DNA from: Planctomycetota bacterium | Lineage (GTDB): Bacteria; Planctomycetota; UBA8742; UBA2392 | Direction of reading: 5' to 3' | DNA length: 64,000 nt | NCBI GenBank assembly: GCA_020425605.1 | Contig: JAGQRH010000003.1 | Location: 75,011-139,010 of the forward strand | Part shown: positions 1 to 8,660 of the stretch, piece after piece | Layout of the letters: every line of letters begins with the position of its first letter | Numbering within the stretch: position 1 is the first letter of the stretch | Translations under genes and position numbers: made by a program | Notes under the pieces: generated by a model | Seen by the model: only the letters and a program-made list of their open reading frames with translations | Databases searched by the model: none | Told to the model about the DNA's origin: nothing

Positions 1-538
1 CTCGCAGCTCGTCAGCATGCTTGAGCTCCGGTCGGCGCAGGGCGGCGTTGCAGACGGCAATCGGCACGGCATAGGCAGCGAGGCTGTCTTCGTATCGCTC
101 ATGCTCACTGGTGATGAAGCGGACAAGTTCGCGCTCCATGTTCGCGTCGGCCGGCATGCCCGCTGCCAGCATCGCCCATAGTCGCAGCGACTCGAGCAGG
201 CTTGTTGGCTGCTTGCTTTCGACGCCCCAGGTCGGCAACGGGCACGGGACGTAGAACAGGCCCTTCATCAACTCCTGCTCATAGGCCGGGCGCATCAGGT
301 AGCGCAGCCCGTTGAGCAGCATCTGCTGTTCGCCATCGAGCATGCCGAAGATTTTCTCCGCGATCTCAAGCTCTTCTTCGGTGTAGGGCTTGGGCGGCTG
401 CTTTTCGCCCTCCTTGAGTCGGGCGTTGCCGGTGCTGATATCTTCGACGCCTGCTTCCTGCGAGACGCCGGGCGCAACGCTCGCGGCAACGAGCAGGCAG
501 GCAAGAAAGGTGTAGAGGAAATACCTGGTGATCTGCAT
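1..538 (-). CDS. exported alpha/alpha-toroid (prenyltransferase/terpene-cyclase-repeat-like) protein, paralog 3, N-terminal part only (runs off window)
   Basis: Own translation of the minus strand from ATG at 538: MQITRYFLYTFLACLLVAASVAPGVSQE...LLNGLRYLMRPAYEQELMKG..CPLP..LESLRLWAMLAAGM. It has a signal-like N-terminus and the same N-terminal motif block as the two upstream paralogs. GGAG lies upstream, 31 nt after the previous stop. Not in the ORF track because it is truncated by the window edge. Confidence 0.7.
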   Translation of the reverse strand, partial: MQITRYFLYTFLACLLVAASVAPGVSQEAGVEDISTGNARLKEGEKQPPKPYTEEELEIAEKIFGMLDGEQQMLLNGLRYLMRPAYEQELMKGLFYVPCPLPTWGVESKQPTSLLESLRLWAMLAAGMPADANMERELVRFITSEHERYEDSLAAYAVPIAVCNAALRRPELKHADELR

Positions 539-569
539 GGCGAACTCCGGGGTGTCTGTTTTCTGTCGA

Positions 570-3137
570 TTACTTGCTCTCTGCAGTGCTGGCCTTGCCT
601 CCGGGTGTTACCGGGCTTGAAGGTTTGGGCTCAGGTGTCTCGCGGTCCGGCGGTGTATCGATCGGCTTGCGCGGCGGCGTACCGATCAGCGGCAATGCTG
701 CGCGTTTCAGGAACAGGATGGCGAACGCAATGCTGACCGGGTCGGCCGTGAACTCACGAACGCTCTCTTTGTCTTCGTGCATCAGGTAGCTCCAGCTTCC
801 GTCAGCAGCCTGCAGTGCGATCAGGCTTGCCGCACCAATTGCGTACCAGTCGAGGCCGTTGCCCCACAGCGGGCTGCCGGTCAGCACGCCTGCGCGCTCG
901 ACCGAGTACAGGTTGTAGTAGGGGTCGCGATGGATGCCGTTGTGCCTGACAAGGTAGCGGTCACCATCGAGCGTATAGTAGTTCTTCGACATCCAAAGCT
1001 GCGCGCCGAGGATCGACGTGTCGATCTTGCGTGCGAAGTCGTCATCCAGCAGACCGCGAACCTTCAGCTCGTCGCGGCAGATCGCAAGGCTGGAAACGCC
1101 GCCCGCCGTCATGGACAGCCCGAGGTTGCCATCACCCTGGTAGTCCCAGCCGCCTGCCGCGATCTCGTCGTCATGAACCTCAACCTCGCCCTTCTTGTTG
1201 AGCGTGCGGTATCGGTAGGACACGCGGCCGTTGCTGCCATTGACCGTGTAGCGTTTGGTCAGCCGCGCAGCCTCGGACTTGAACAGCTTGGGATCGACAT
1301 CGGCGCCGAGCAGGCTTGCCGCCTTGAGCCCAAGCACCCCGAACTGGCTGCACGAGTTGTCCGCATACGAGCCGTCCGCAGTACCTGCAATCGCGCCGTA
1401 GCCGAAGCCGGACCTGTTGTGCGCCGAGTCGAGACACTTCAGCATCCAGTCAATCAACTTGGCGTGACGCGGCTCGATTCGCTTCCTCAGCTCGATCTGG
1501 GCCTGCTTGAAGGCATCGGGAGAGTCCGGCGTGAGGATTCCGCAGTCGCGTTCTTCGGCTTCGTAGAATTTCTGGAAGCACATCAACACGAGAGCATCGC
1601 TGTAGCTGTGCCCGGGCACGTAGTTCATGCTCAGCCATTCCATGCCGCGTTTGACTTCGTCGCTGTCGCGTTTCCAGTCGCCGTGCATCAGTGCCAGCAG
1701 CGACGCGGCGGTCTGCGCGCCGGGGAATATGTACGACTGGAAGCTGCCGTCCTTGGCCTGAATGCTGATGAGGTATTCGCAGCCGTGATGGATGGCGCGA
1801 TCGGTTGCCTCGTCGGTCACGTCCATGAGCGGCGTACCTGCCTCCAGCGAAGCCGCGTGAATCACCGAAAACGCGTACATCTCACGGCCGACTTCCGACA
1901 ACTTGGCCTTGGCGAGTAGCGGCTCTGTGCAGCAGGCCAATCCGCCGCCGAGGGCGATGCAGCTCAGCGCGGTATCTGCAATCACGCGACCGACCCGGGA
2001 ATCCACGTCCGGCGTCAGGCCGAGTGCATAGCCCATGTGGTCGTCGACGCGCACGGCGCCGGTCGGGTCTATGTCGCTGACGGCCAGCCCGGTGATCGCC
2101 TTGCGCCATGCCTCGGGCTCGCGCCCCTGCGGTGCCCAGGCCGGATTCAGCATGCCCAGCACGGCCAGACGCGAGCCTGTGATTGGCTCGGTCGGGTATT
2201 CGCGCTCGAGGCGCAACAGCGTCGCGGGCACGCATTCGACCGCCTTTTCGATGCCGCGGATCACGGAGTCTTTAAGCGTGCCTTCCGGGGCGGCCATCGC
2301 AACGCTTGCCGCGGCCATCGCGAGCAAGTTGGTGTCGAAATCGAAGCTGGCATCAATCGCACGGCCGCCACCGCACCAGCCGCGCTTCTTGCTGACGGCG
2401 CCGCACAGGTTCCGCAGGGCCGTTTCCCAGACGTGCTCGTTGATCTTGATCTCCATCGCGAGCGCAAAGCGGCAGATCAGACCGCGCCAGAGATGATTGG
2501 CGAACCACATCGGTCGAATCACGCTGCCGACGATCAACGGTGAGTCCGCATCGGTGCCGGTGCGCACGCGCATCGCGAGATCCACCAGGTCGCGGGCCCG
2601 CTCCAGTATCTGATCGCGGCTTTCAAGCTCCGGGCGCTGCAGGGCCGAGACGCAGATGCCAAGCTCGATTCCGAAGTTCGCCAGAGACATGTCTGCATCC
2701 GGCAGACCATTGCACAGGAAGCGCTCAAGCTGCATGCGTACGGCATCTGTCGTGGCCATGCCGGACTGCAGGACGGCCCAGAGCCGCAGGTTCGACAGGA
2801 CGGTCATCGGGGCGAGCTCGTCGCGCTCAAAGGGCGTGAGTGCGCACGGCACGTTTGCGCGCCCGAAGAGCAGCTCAAGCTCATACTCCGGTCGAAGCAG
2901 GTAGCGCAGATTGTTGACCAGCATCGCTCGCTCGGGCGTGATTTCTCCAGTCACCTGCTGGGCATGCTCGACTTCTTTCTCGGTGAACTCACGAATCGTC
3001 GGTGCCGGGGCGGCCGGCTTGTGTGCGGGTGCCTGCTGGTCCTTGTCCTTGGCGCGCACCACCGGCCCGGTTGCCGCGACGAATGCCGCAAGGCAGGCGA
3101 TGAACAGAAGGACAGAAGCTGGGACACGTGGCGGCAT
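570..3137 (-). CDS. exported alpha/alpha-toroid (prenyltransferase/squalene-cyclase-repeat-like) protein, paralog 2, Pro-rich tail
   Basis: ORF track 570..3269(-). Start moved to ATG 3137 (MPPRVPASVLLFIACLAAFVAATGPVVRA, signal/anchor; GAGG about 12 nt upstream). Q-x-x-DGS[FW] repeats (IQAKDGSF, LQAADGSW), DNSCSQFGVLGLKAASLLGA, and AILFLKRAALP near the C-terminus. Tail PPRKPIDTPPDRETPEPKPSSPVTPGG. Confidence 0.85.
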   Translation of the reverse strand: MPPRVPASVLLFIACLAAFVAATGPVVRAKDKDQQAPAHKPAAPAPTIREFTEKEVEHAQQVTGEITPERAMLVNNLRYLLRPEYELELLFGRANVPCALTPFERDELAPMTVLSNLRLWAVLQSGMATTDAVRMQLERFLCNGLPDADMSLANFGIELGICVSALQRPELESRDQILERARDLVDLAMRVRTGTDADSPLIVGSVIRPMWFANHLWRGLICRFALAMEIKINEHVWETALRNLCGAVSKKRGWCGGGRAIDASFDFDTNLLAMAAASVAMAAPEGTLKDSVIRGIEKAVECVPATLLRLEREYPTEPITGSRLAVLGMLNPAWAPQGREPEAWRKAITGLAVSDIDPTGAVRVDDHMGYALGLTPDVDSRVGRVIADTALSCIALGGGLACCTEPLLAKAKLSEVGREMYAFSVIHAASLEAGTPLMDVTDEATDRAIHHGCEYLISIQAKDGSFQSYIFPGAQTAASLLALMHGDWKRDSDEVKRGMEWLSMNYVPGHSYSDALVLMCFQKFYEAEERDCGILTPDSPDAFKQAQIELRKRIEPRHAKLIDWMLKCLDSAHNRSGFGYGAIAGTADGSYADNSCSQFGVLGLKAASLLGADVDPKLFKSEAARLTKRYTVNGSNGRVSYRYRTLNKKGEVEVHDDEIAAGGWDYQGDGNLGLSMTAGGVSSLAICRDELKVRGLLDDDFARKIDTSILGAQLWMSKNYYTLDGDRYLVRHNGIHRDPYYNLYSVERAGVLTGSPLWGNGLDWYAIGAASLIALQAADGSWSYLMHEDKESVREFTADPVSIAFAILFLKRAALPLIGTPPRKPIDTPPDRETPEPKPSSPVTPGGKASTAESK

Positions 3138-3292
3138 GGCGGGTGAACCTCGGGGAGTGCTTTGCGAAGCTGATGGGAGGATACGCCATGACCTCACCAC
3201 TCCATAGGGTATTGCGAATTCGCCATTGCCGATCAGCGGCCACATACTGACTTTGTCGCGTTTCCGCATAGGGCGCCGGATGGCAAATGGAC

Positions 3293-3322
3293 AGAGCGCG
3301 CGCCGTTTTTGGCGCGCGCTCT
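3293..3322 (-). terminator. hairpin terminator after paralog 1
   Basis: 12-bp perfect GC-rich stem AGAGCGCGCGCC / GGCGCGCGCTCT with a 6-nt loop, 24 nt downstream of the stop at 3346. T/A runs on both sides. Confidence 0.6.
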
Positions 3323-3345
3323 TGAGAGCTGTTTGTGTGGTGGGG

Positions 3346-5973
3346 CTACTCGCCGCTCTTCTCGGCCTTTTCCTTTTCGGCTTTCTCCGCTTCTTCTTTC
3401 TCGCGCTTCTTGTCTTCAGGACCCTTGGTGACCGGGTTCTTGGCGGCTTCCTTGCGCTTGGCTTCCTCTTCCGCCTCCTTCTCGCGCTTCTTGTGTTCCG
3501 TAATCACCGGCATGGCGGCGCGCTTGAGAAACAGGATGGCGAGGCAGGTGTTGACGATCTGCTGGTCGCTGCGGCCGGGCATCGCCGCGTAGGCTGTGCC
3601 CCAGCTGCCGTCCATGTTCTGGTTGTCGATCAACCCGTCCGCGCCGATCTGGTACCAGTCGACTTCGCCCTCAAGCTGGCGAATGCCGGCCAGCACGCAG
3701 CCGCGCTCGACAGAATACAGGTTGTAGAAAATGCCCCACCCATCGCTGGTCGCGACGGCAAGCGGGCTGGTGGGCCCGTTGATGATCTCGGCCTTGTAGT
3801 AGTTGCGACGCACCCAGCCTTCGGCCCCGCGGATTGTGAGCCCGATCTTCATGGCGAGCGCCTCCTTCAGCTTGCCGCGGACCTTCAGCTCATCCATGCA
3901 GATCGTGAGGCTTGAGATCCCCGCGGCCGTCAACTGCATCGACGCGCCACTGGTTGTGCCGCACATGTAGCTCCAGCCCCCCGGCTTGATCTTGTCCTTG
4001 TAGCTAGACCGGGTCTTGCGTGACTTGCGCTCGTCGTCGTCGCCTTCGCGATCATCGGGGTTGTGCACGTACTCGACCGGCTCGTATTGCGGGTCTTCCC
4101 AGTACTGGCCGATCAGCCGCTCGGCCTCCGCCTGGAATACGTTCGTGTTCAGCTCAGCGCCCAGCAGGCTCGCGGCCTTATAGCCGAGCACCGCATACTG
4201 GCTGCATGAATTGTCGCTGTGGTTGGTGTCGCCCTTCTTCGGCGCGCGCATGTAGCCCCAGCCGCCGCGCTTGCCGCCGACATTGGCTTCGTCGAGGAAC
4301 GCCACCAGGTTCTTGATGAACACAGCGTGTTCTTTCTTGAGACTGCCCCAGACCTTGCCGCGGGCCTCTTCAAATTCCCTGGCGTTCTCGATGTACAGGA
4401 TGCCGGCTTCTCGCTGCTCCGGTGCGTAGTACTTCTGCATGCACATCAACATGGCCGCCACGTCGTACGTCGAGCCGCGGGAAGCCGCGCCGTCCCCGAC
4501 CATCCACTCGATGCCCTTCACTATGGCCGGATCGTCGCGCGCCACTCCGCCGTGCATCATCGCCAGCAGGCAGTAGGCAGAGTTTCCCGGGCTGTTCGAA
4601 TAGACGCCCGGGAAGCTGCCGTCGGGTTTCTGGGTGCTCTTCAGGAATGCCGCGCCGTCTTCAATGGCATAGTTCACGCGGCTGTCGAAGTCGCCACCGC
4701 CGCGCCGTGCCTTCTCAGCGTGCAGCACGGCCAGCGCGTACATGATGCGTCCGACGGATGCCAGTTCCCGCTCGGCCAGGGGGCCATTGCCTTCCGCCAG
4801 CAATCCGCCACTGAGCCCGATGCAAGCGAGGGCTGTCTCACAGGTACCGGATTCGCCGCGTGACCAGCCGGTCTCGGAGATGCCAAGCTCGCGCGCGAGT
4901 GTGTGGCGCGAGTAGATGCAGCCGGATGGCTGCAATAGTGCAACGCCGGAGCGCACCAGGGCCGCACGCCAGGTTTCGGGTGTCTGGCGCTCGGGCGCAT
5001 AATCCCTGGGCAGGCTGCTCAACAACATCAGGCGCGAGCCCGTCCACTTCTCGTTGACGTAGTCCTTGTCGAGTCGCGTCAGGATCTCCGGCACGGTCTT
5101 CAACTTCTTGCCGATGTTTCGCAGCGTGGTCGAGTTGATCGTGTCCTCGGGGGCGTTGTTCGCGAGGCCAAGAGCGATCAATGAAGCGTAATTGGTATGC
5201 AGGTCGCCGCTCGCGCCGTTGAAGACGCGTTTGTAGCTGGTCCAGCCGCGATCTTTCACGTGCGCGGCGACCAGTGCGCGCAGGTCCTTTTCCCACTGCT
5301 TGTCGTCGAGCTTGAACTCCAGCTCGACCGCAACACGCATGATCAGTGAACGCCACATCATGTTCGCAAACCACTGCGGCGCGATGTAGTCGCCCTGGAT
5401 CAGCCGGGAGCGGTCTGAAGTCGCGGCCGTGAAGTCATTGGAAACGCCCACCAGCGTTTCGGCCTTCTTCCTTATGTCGTCACCGCGGCCGAGCTCCGTG
5501 TGCGCCAGTGCGGCACGCAGGGTCAGGATGCGAATTGCGATCGGCGCCAGGTTGTCCGAGTCTTTCTCTGTGGGGTTGGGCGTAGCCAGCAGGCGATCCA
5601 GCATGCGCTCACTGGAGGCGGTGGTCGCCATGCCCGACTGAAGCAGTGCCCAGAACCGCAGGGTTGACAGCAGATCGAGCGGCCCCTCAGACTTTTCCTC
5701 GAACGGTGGCAGCGGGCAGGGCTGGTAGCGCCGGCCTTTCATCAACTCGACTTCAAAGGCCGGGCGGAGCAAGTATCGCAAGCCGTTGAACAGCGTCTGC
5801 TGCTCGGTATCGAGCGTGAGGCGCAAATCGTCGGCCGCCTTGATTTCTTCGGGCGTGAACTCGCGCGGCTGATCAGCATCTGCAGGCGCGTCATCCGCGC
5901 GCACGCCCAGGCTGCCGGCGCACATCGCGCACAGCAGGGCGACAGTCAGGCATGTGTTTCGGATCTTCAGCAT
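3346..5973 (-). CDS. exported alpha/alpha-toroid (prenyltransferase/squalene-cyclase-repeat-like) protein, paralog 1, Lys/Glu-rich tail
   Basis: ORF track 875 aa. Signal peptide MLKIRNTCLTVALLCAMCAGSLGVRADD. Motifs QKPDGSF, NQNMDGSW, DNSCSQYAVLGYKAASLLGA, AILFLKRAAMP. Collinear with 570..3137. Tail KKREKEAEEEAKRKEAAK...EKAEKEKAEKSGE. Confidence 0.9.
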   Translation of the reverse strand: MLKIRNTCLTVALLCAMCAGSLGVRADDAPADADQPREFTPEEIKAADDLRLTLDTEQQTLFNGLRYLLRPAFEVELMKGRRYQPCPLPPFEEKSEGPLDLLSTLRFWALLQSGMATTASSERMLDRLLATPNPTEKDSDNLAPIAIRILTLRAALAHTELGRGDDIRKKAETLVGVSNDFTAATSDRSRLIQGDYIAPQWFANMMWRSLIMRVAVELEFKLDDKQWEKDLRALVAAHVKDRGWTSYKRVFNGASGDLHTNYASLIALGLANNAPEDTINSTTLRNIGKKLKTVPEILTRLDKDYVNEKWTGSRLMLLSSLPRDYAPERQTPETWRAALVRSGVALLQPSGCIYSRHTLARELGISETGWSRGESGTCETALACIGLSGGLLAEGNGPLAERELASVGRIMYALAVLHAEKARRGGGDFDSRVNYAIEDGAAFLKSTQKPDGSFPGVYSNSPGNSAYCLLAMMHGGVARDDPAIVKGIEWMVGDGAASRGSTYDVAAMLMCMQKYYAPEQREAGILYIENAREFEEARGKVWGSLKKEHAVFIKNLVAFLDEANVGGKRGGWGYMRAPKKGDTNHSDNSCSQYAVLGYKAASLLGAELNTNVFQAEAERLIGQYWEDPQYEPVEYVHNPDDREGDDDERKSRKTRSSYKDKIKPGGWSYMCGTTSGASMQLTAAGISSLTICMDELKVRGKLKEALAMKIGLTIRGAEGWVRRNYYKAEIINGPTSPLAVATSDGWGIFYNLYSVERGCVLAGIRQLEGEVDWYQIGADGLIDNQNMDGSWGTAYAAMPGRSDQQIVNTCLAILFLKRAAMPVITEHKKREKEAEEEAKRKEAAKNPVTKGPEDKKREKEEAEKAEKEKAEKSGE

Positions 5974-6125
5974 TCAGCCAGCCGCGGGGACGGCTACGGG
6001 GACGCCTATCAGGGTAAGGCCGGACGCCTCGATCACCAACAGGTTTGCGAATTCGCTGTCGCCGATTGGGTGGCAAGCTGTCTGTTCATCGCAGATCAGG
6101 GAACCCTGCCGTGCAGTCTTAAATG

Positions 6126-6154
6126 ACAAGCGGCGGGCATCGCCCGCCGCTTGT
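6126..6154 (-). terminator. hairpin terminator after the small acidic protein gene
   Basis: 13-bp perfect stem ACAAGCGGCGGGC / GCCCGCCGCTTGT with a 3-nt loop, 13 nt downstream of the stop at 6167. Followed on the minus strand by CATTTAAG. Confidence 0.55.
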
Positions 6155-6166
6155 TTGATCTTCAGG

Positions 6167-6568
6167 CTAAGCCGCGTTCTCGGCCGTCTCGCCGTTGGCT
6201 TCCGCGTCTTCTTCTTCTTCGCAGGTAAACTCAAGCTCCCAGGGCCCATCCGGCTCAAACTGCGCGAGCGTGAGCTTGGTGATCATTTCAGAAGTGTCGA
6301 CCTCGGCTCCCCAGCTGACGCGATCAACCGTGTCCTGGCCCGCAACGAGTTCAACAGCGCCCTCCTGGCCAGTGCTCCAGGGTGCAGTCTCAAGAGATTC
6401 CTTGAGTTCTTCAAACGCCTCGCCCGGGATCAGCGTGCCGTAGTGCCAAGGGGTATCGTGCTGGAGGCTTTCGATGGTCGCGGCGTGCTCGCCGTCGATG
6501 TAGATGTTGGTCTTTTCGCTCACTTCGGGGTCTCCTGAGTCACCGGTGCCGAGGGTGTCGTGCGCCAT
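6167..6568 (-). CDS. small acidic hypothetical protein
   Basis: ORF track 6167..6607(-). The 6607 start is GTG and the first ATG is at 6568 (MAHDTLGTGDSGD...). Protein-like composition with an acidic C-terminus EEEEDAEANGETAENAA. No family recognised. Confidence 0.55.
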   Translation of the reverse strand: MAHDTLGTGDSGDPEVSEKTNIYIDGEHAATIESLQHDTPWHYGTLIPGEAFEELKESLETAPWSTGQEGAVELVAGQDTVDRVSWGAEVDTSEMITKLTLAQFEPDGPWELEFTCEEEEDAEANGETAENAA

Positions 6569-7094
6569 GCGAGTGTCAATTGTTCGTGAACACCCGCTCT
6601 GGCTCACAAGGGTGTCTTATGTAATCGGAAACGCCCGGCTGCGCGAGGCGTAAGCCGGAAATTTTCGCGGTTATTATGCGGCCGCCGCGAATCAGCCTTG
6701 GTGGCGGGTTTGGTGGCATGGACGCCAGAAGAAATTGCTTCAGCGGGCTCTGCCTGCAAGTAGTTTATCCTCCGACTGTCAACAGGTTTCTGGCTGCGAC
6801 TTTTGTCTGAGCTTTCAGTCACATACCGCCTGGCGCTCCGACCCAACTGCCAGCGCCTATTCCGCTTACGAAGTTACTGACACCCAGCGGCCGAATTCAT
6901 CCACCAAAAACCCCCAATTTGCCAACGTCGCCTTGGGCGATTTTTTTGCAAGTGTCTAACCCGAACGCGCAAAGCCATTTAGCTCAAACCCCCTATTTCA
7001 CGCCCTTCCCCCGGTGTCGAACGCGTAGACAGTGCTGATAGAATCGCGTGGGACGGCCTTCGCCGTTCATGTTGTTTGAGGGTTGTGGACACTG

Positions 7095-8378
7095 ATGAGC
7101 TATCGCGTTCGAAAACTTCCGCTCACCACAACACGCGATGCGCATTCGCGAGCGCACACGCTTGCGCGTCTGTCACGCCGACGCGGGAAACTTCCGAAGA
7201 GCGCGTACACCAACTTCCAGGTGATGGCTCGACGCCTCGGGCGTCATCCGTTCAAGCTTGATCCTGCAATCGAAGAAGCACAGCTGGCCTGGCTGAAGCG
7301 CATCAACCGCACGCGCCGCTACAACGATGCCATGCGCACGCTGACGCGCGGCGAAGGCTTTGCCGTGGTCGTGCCCGTGCTGAAAGGCGTTGCCGCACCG
7401 CGACTCGATGAAGTGCTGCGACTGCTGGCCGGGCTTGAGCTCGCGCGCCAGTTGCGCAACCGTCGGGTCGGGAAGGTCATCACGCTGATCTGGCCGTGCC
7501 TCGACATTGGCGAGTGGGACGAGACTGGCATGAGCGCCATTATGCAGCGCAATGGCGAGCTCGATGACATCGGCTTCCGCGGAGGCGACCTCAGTCGCTA
7601 TCTGCAGATGCTGCGCGGCTCGCTTCCCGGCACCGGCTTCAGCAGCCTGCTGATGGACCAGCTCAGCCGCGACGCTGACGAAGACCCGGACGTGTTCAAG
7701 GCGCGGCTGCTGCTGCGCTGGTTCGACGATGAGGCCGTCACCTACCTCTCGCCGACCACAACAGGCAATTTCGAGAGCAACCTGCGCCACTGGTTCCGGC
7801 GCATCCCGATGGTCGCCTGCGTCGGCACAGGCTCGCCCACCGGCGGACTGCCTCCCGGTGAGCCGGTACCGTTCCCCGGCGTCAGCGCGACGATCATCGA
7901 GGGCAAGGTCGAGGGCTGGCTGACCAAGTTCGGGCTGCAACCGGAAGCTGTACTCGCCGGTGAAGCGCGCCCGGACACCGCCAGCCGTCGCCACCTGCCG
8001 GAAGACACGCCGGCCGTGGTCAACGCGGCCAAGGAATCGGTACTCGGCGCGATGCTGCGGCTTGAGATGGGGCTTGAGGATCTCGGCTTCAAGCCGGAGT
8101 CCGAAGTGAAGAAGGCCCTGACATCGACCGACATCGGCTTCGACAAGCTGCGCCAGCGTGCGGCCGCGGAAAGCGCCCGTGAAGTCGACGTAAACGGCAA
8201 GCAGCTGGGCAAGCTGTTCCAGTACATGCTGCCTGATGGACGACCCCAGCAGGAAGTGATGAGCCTGCTGCACTATCTGGACTTCTACGGCCCGGACTTC
8301 CTGGAAGGCCTGCGCGACGTGCTGCAGTTCGACGACGTGCGCCACCAGGCGGTGTATCTCGCGGAGGAAGAGGCATGA
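7095..8378 (+). CDS. hypothetical protein (about 427 aa), no family recognised
   Basis: ORF track 7083..8378(+), whose start is TTG. ATG at 7095 has GAGGG 12 nt upstream. Balanced amino-acid composition, unlike the R/A/G/H-rich antisense ORF 7173..8435. Confidence 0.7.
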   Translation: MSYRVRKLPLTTTRDAHSRAHTLARLSRRRGKLPKSAYTNFQVMARRLGRHPFKLDPAIEEAQLAWLKRINRTRRYNDAMRTLTRGEGFAVVVPVLKGVAAPRLDEVLRLLAGLELARQLRNRRVGKVITLIWPCLDIGEWDETGMSAIMQRNGELDDIGFRGGDLSRYLQMLRGSLPGTGFSSLLMDQLSRDADEDPDVFKARLLLRWFDDEAVTYLSPTTTGNFESNLRHWFRRIPMVACVGTGSPTGGLPPGEPVPFPGVSATIIEGKVEGWLTKFGLQPEAVLAGEARPDTASRRHLPEDTPAVVNAAKESVLGAMLRLEMGLEDLGFKPESEVKKALTSTDIGFDKLRQRAAAESAREVDVNGKQLGKLFQYMLPDGRPQQEVMSLLHYLDFYGPDFLEGLRDVLQFDDVRHQAVYLAEEEA

Positions 8379-8379
8379 G

Positions 8380-8459
8380 TTGATGGCTGATGGCTGGTAG
8401 TTGATAGGCGCTGCCTGTCGTTCGCTACTAACCACCGTCTATCAACTATCAACTATCAA
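8380..8459 (+). repeat. inverted heptamer array forming a long stem-loop in the 3' UTR
   Basis: Four contiguous degenerate heptamers TTGATGG CTGATGG CTGGTAG TTGATAG (8380-8407), a 31-nt spacer, then three perfect inverted heptamers CTATCAA x3 (8439-8459). This gives about 21 bp of pairing. Three of the imperfect positions are G opposite T, which are wobble-compatible only in plus-strand RNA; two are C/A mismatches. Confidence 0.6.
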
Positions 8460-8505
8460 CTGACGAAATCGCGGTACGTGTGACGCCATGTTGCACGTGC
8501 TACAG

Positions 8506-8547
8506 GCCCGGTGAGTTTGGCGGCTCACCGGGCCTACCCCTTTTTTC
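8506..8547 (+). terminator. intrinsic terminator
   Basis: Stem GCCCGGTGAG / CTCACCGGGC (10 bp, 8-nt loop) followed by CTACCCCTTTTTT. Confidence 0.75.
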
Positions 8548-8660
8548 AGGCCGGAAACAGGCGGCGGTAACCCCGACTTGCCTATCTTGCCAGCTGCATC
8601 GAGTGTCCTGAGGCGGGACATGAGTCTCGCATCCACCGGGCCGTGAATTAGACTGCGGGT

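Noticed and set aside
6928-6947. Short hairpin TCGCC-TTG-GGCGA followed by T7, considered as a plus-strand terminator or attenuator upstream of the 7095 gene
   Set aside because: The stem is only 5 bp. No upstream plus-strand gene or small-RNA promoter could be identified. It is kept only as a remark inside the orphan-pair finding.
7173-8435. 420-aa ORF on the minus strand, nearly coextensive with the 7095..8378 plus-strand gene
   Set aside because: Its composition is dominated by Arg/Ala/Gly/His/Gln with long low-information runs, typical of the antisense frame of a GC-rich gene. The plus-strand product has balanced composition, an RBS and a downstream terminator.
8439-8459. Three tandem CTATCAA heptamers, considered as a micro-CRISPR array or iteron array
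   Set aside because: The repeats are contiguous with no spacers, are far too short for CRISPR, and are better explained as one arm of the stem-loop described above.
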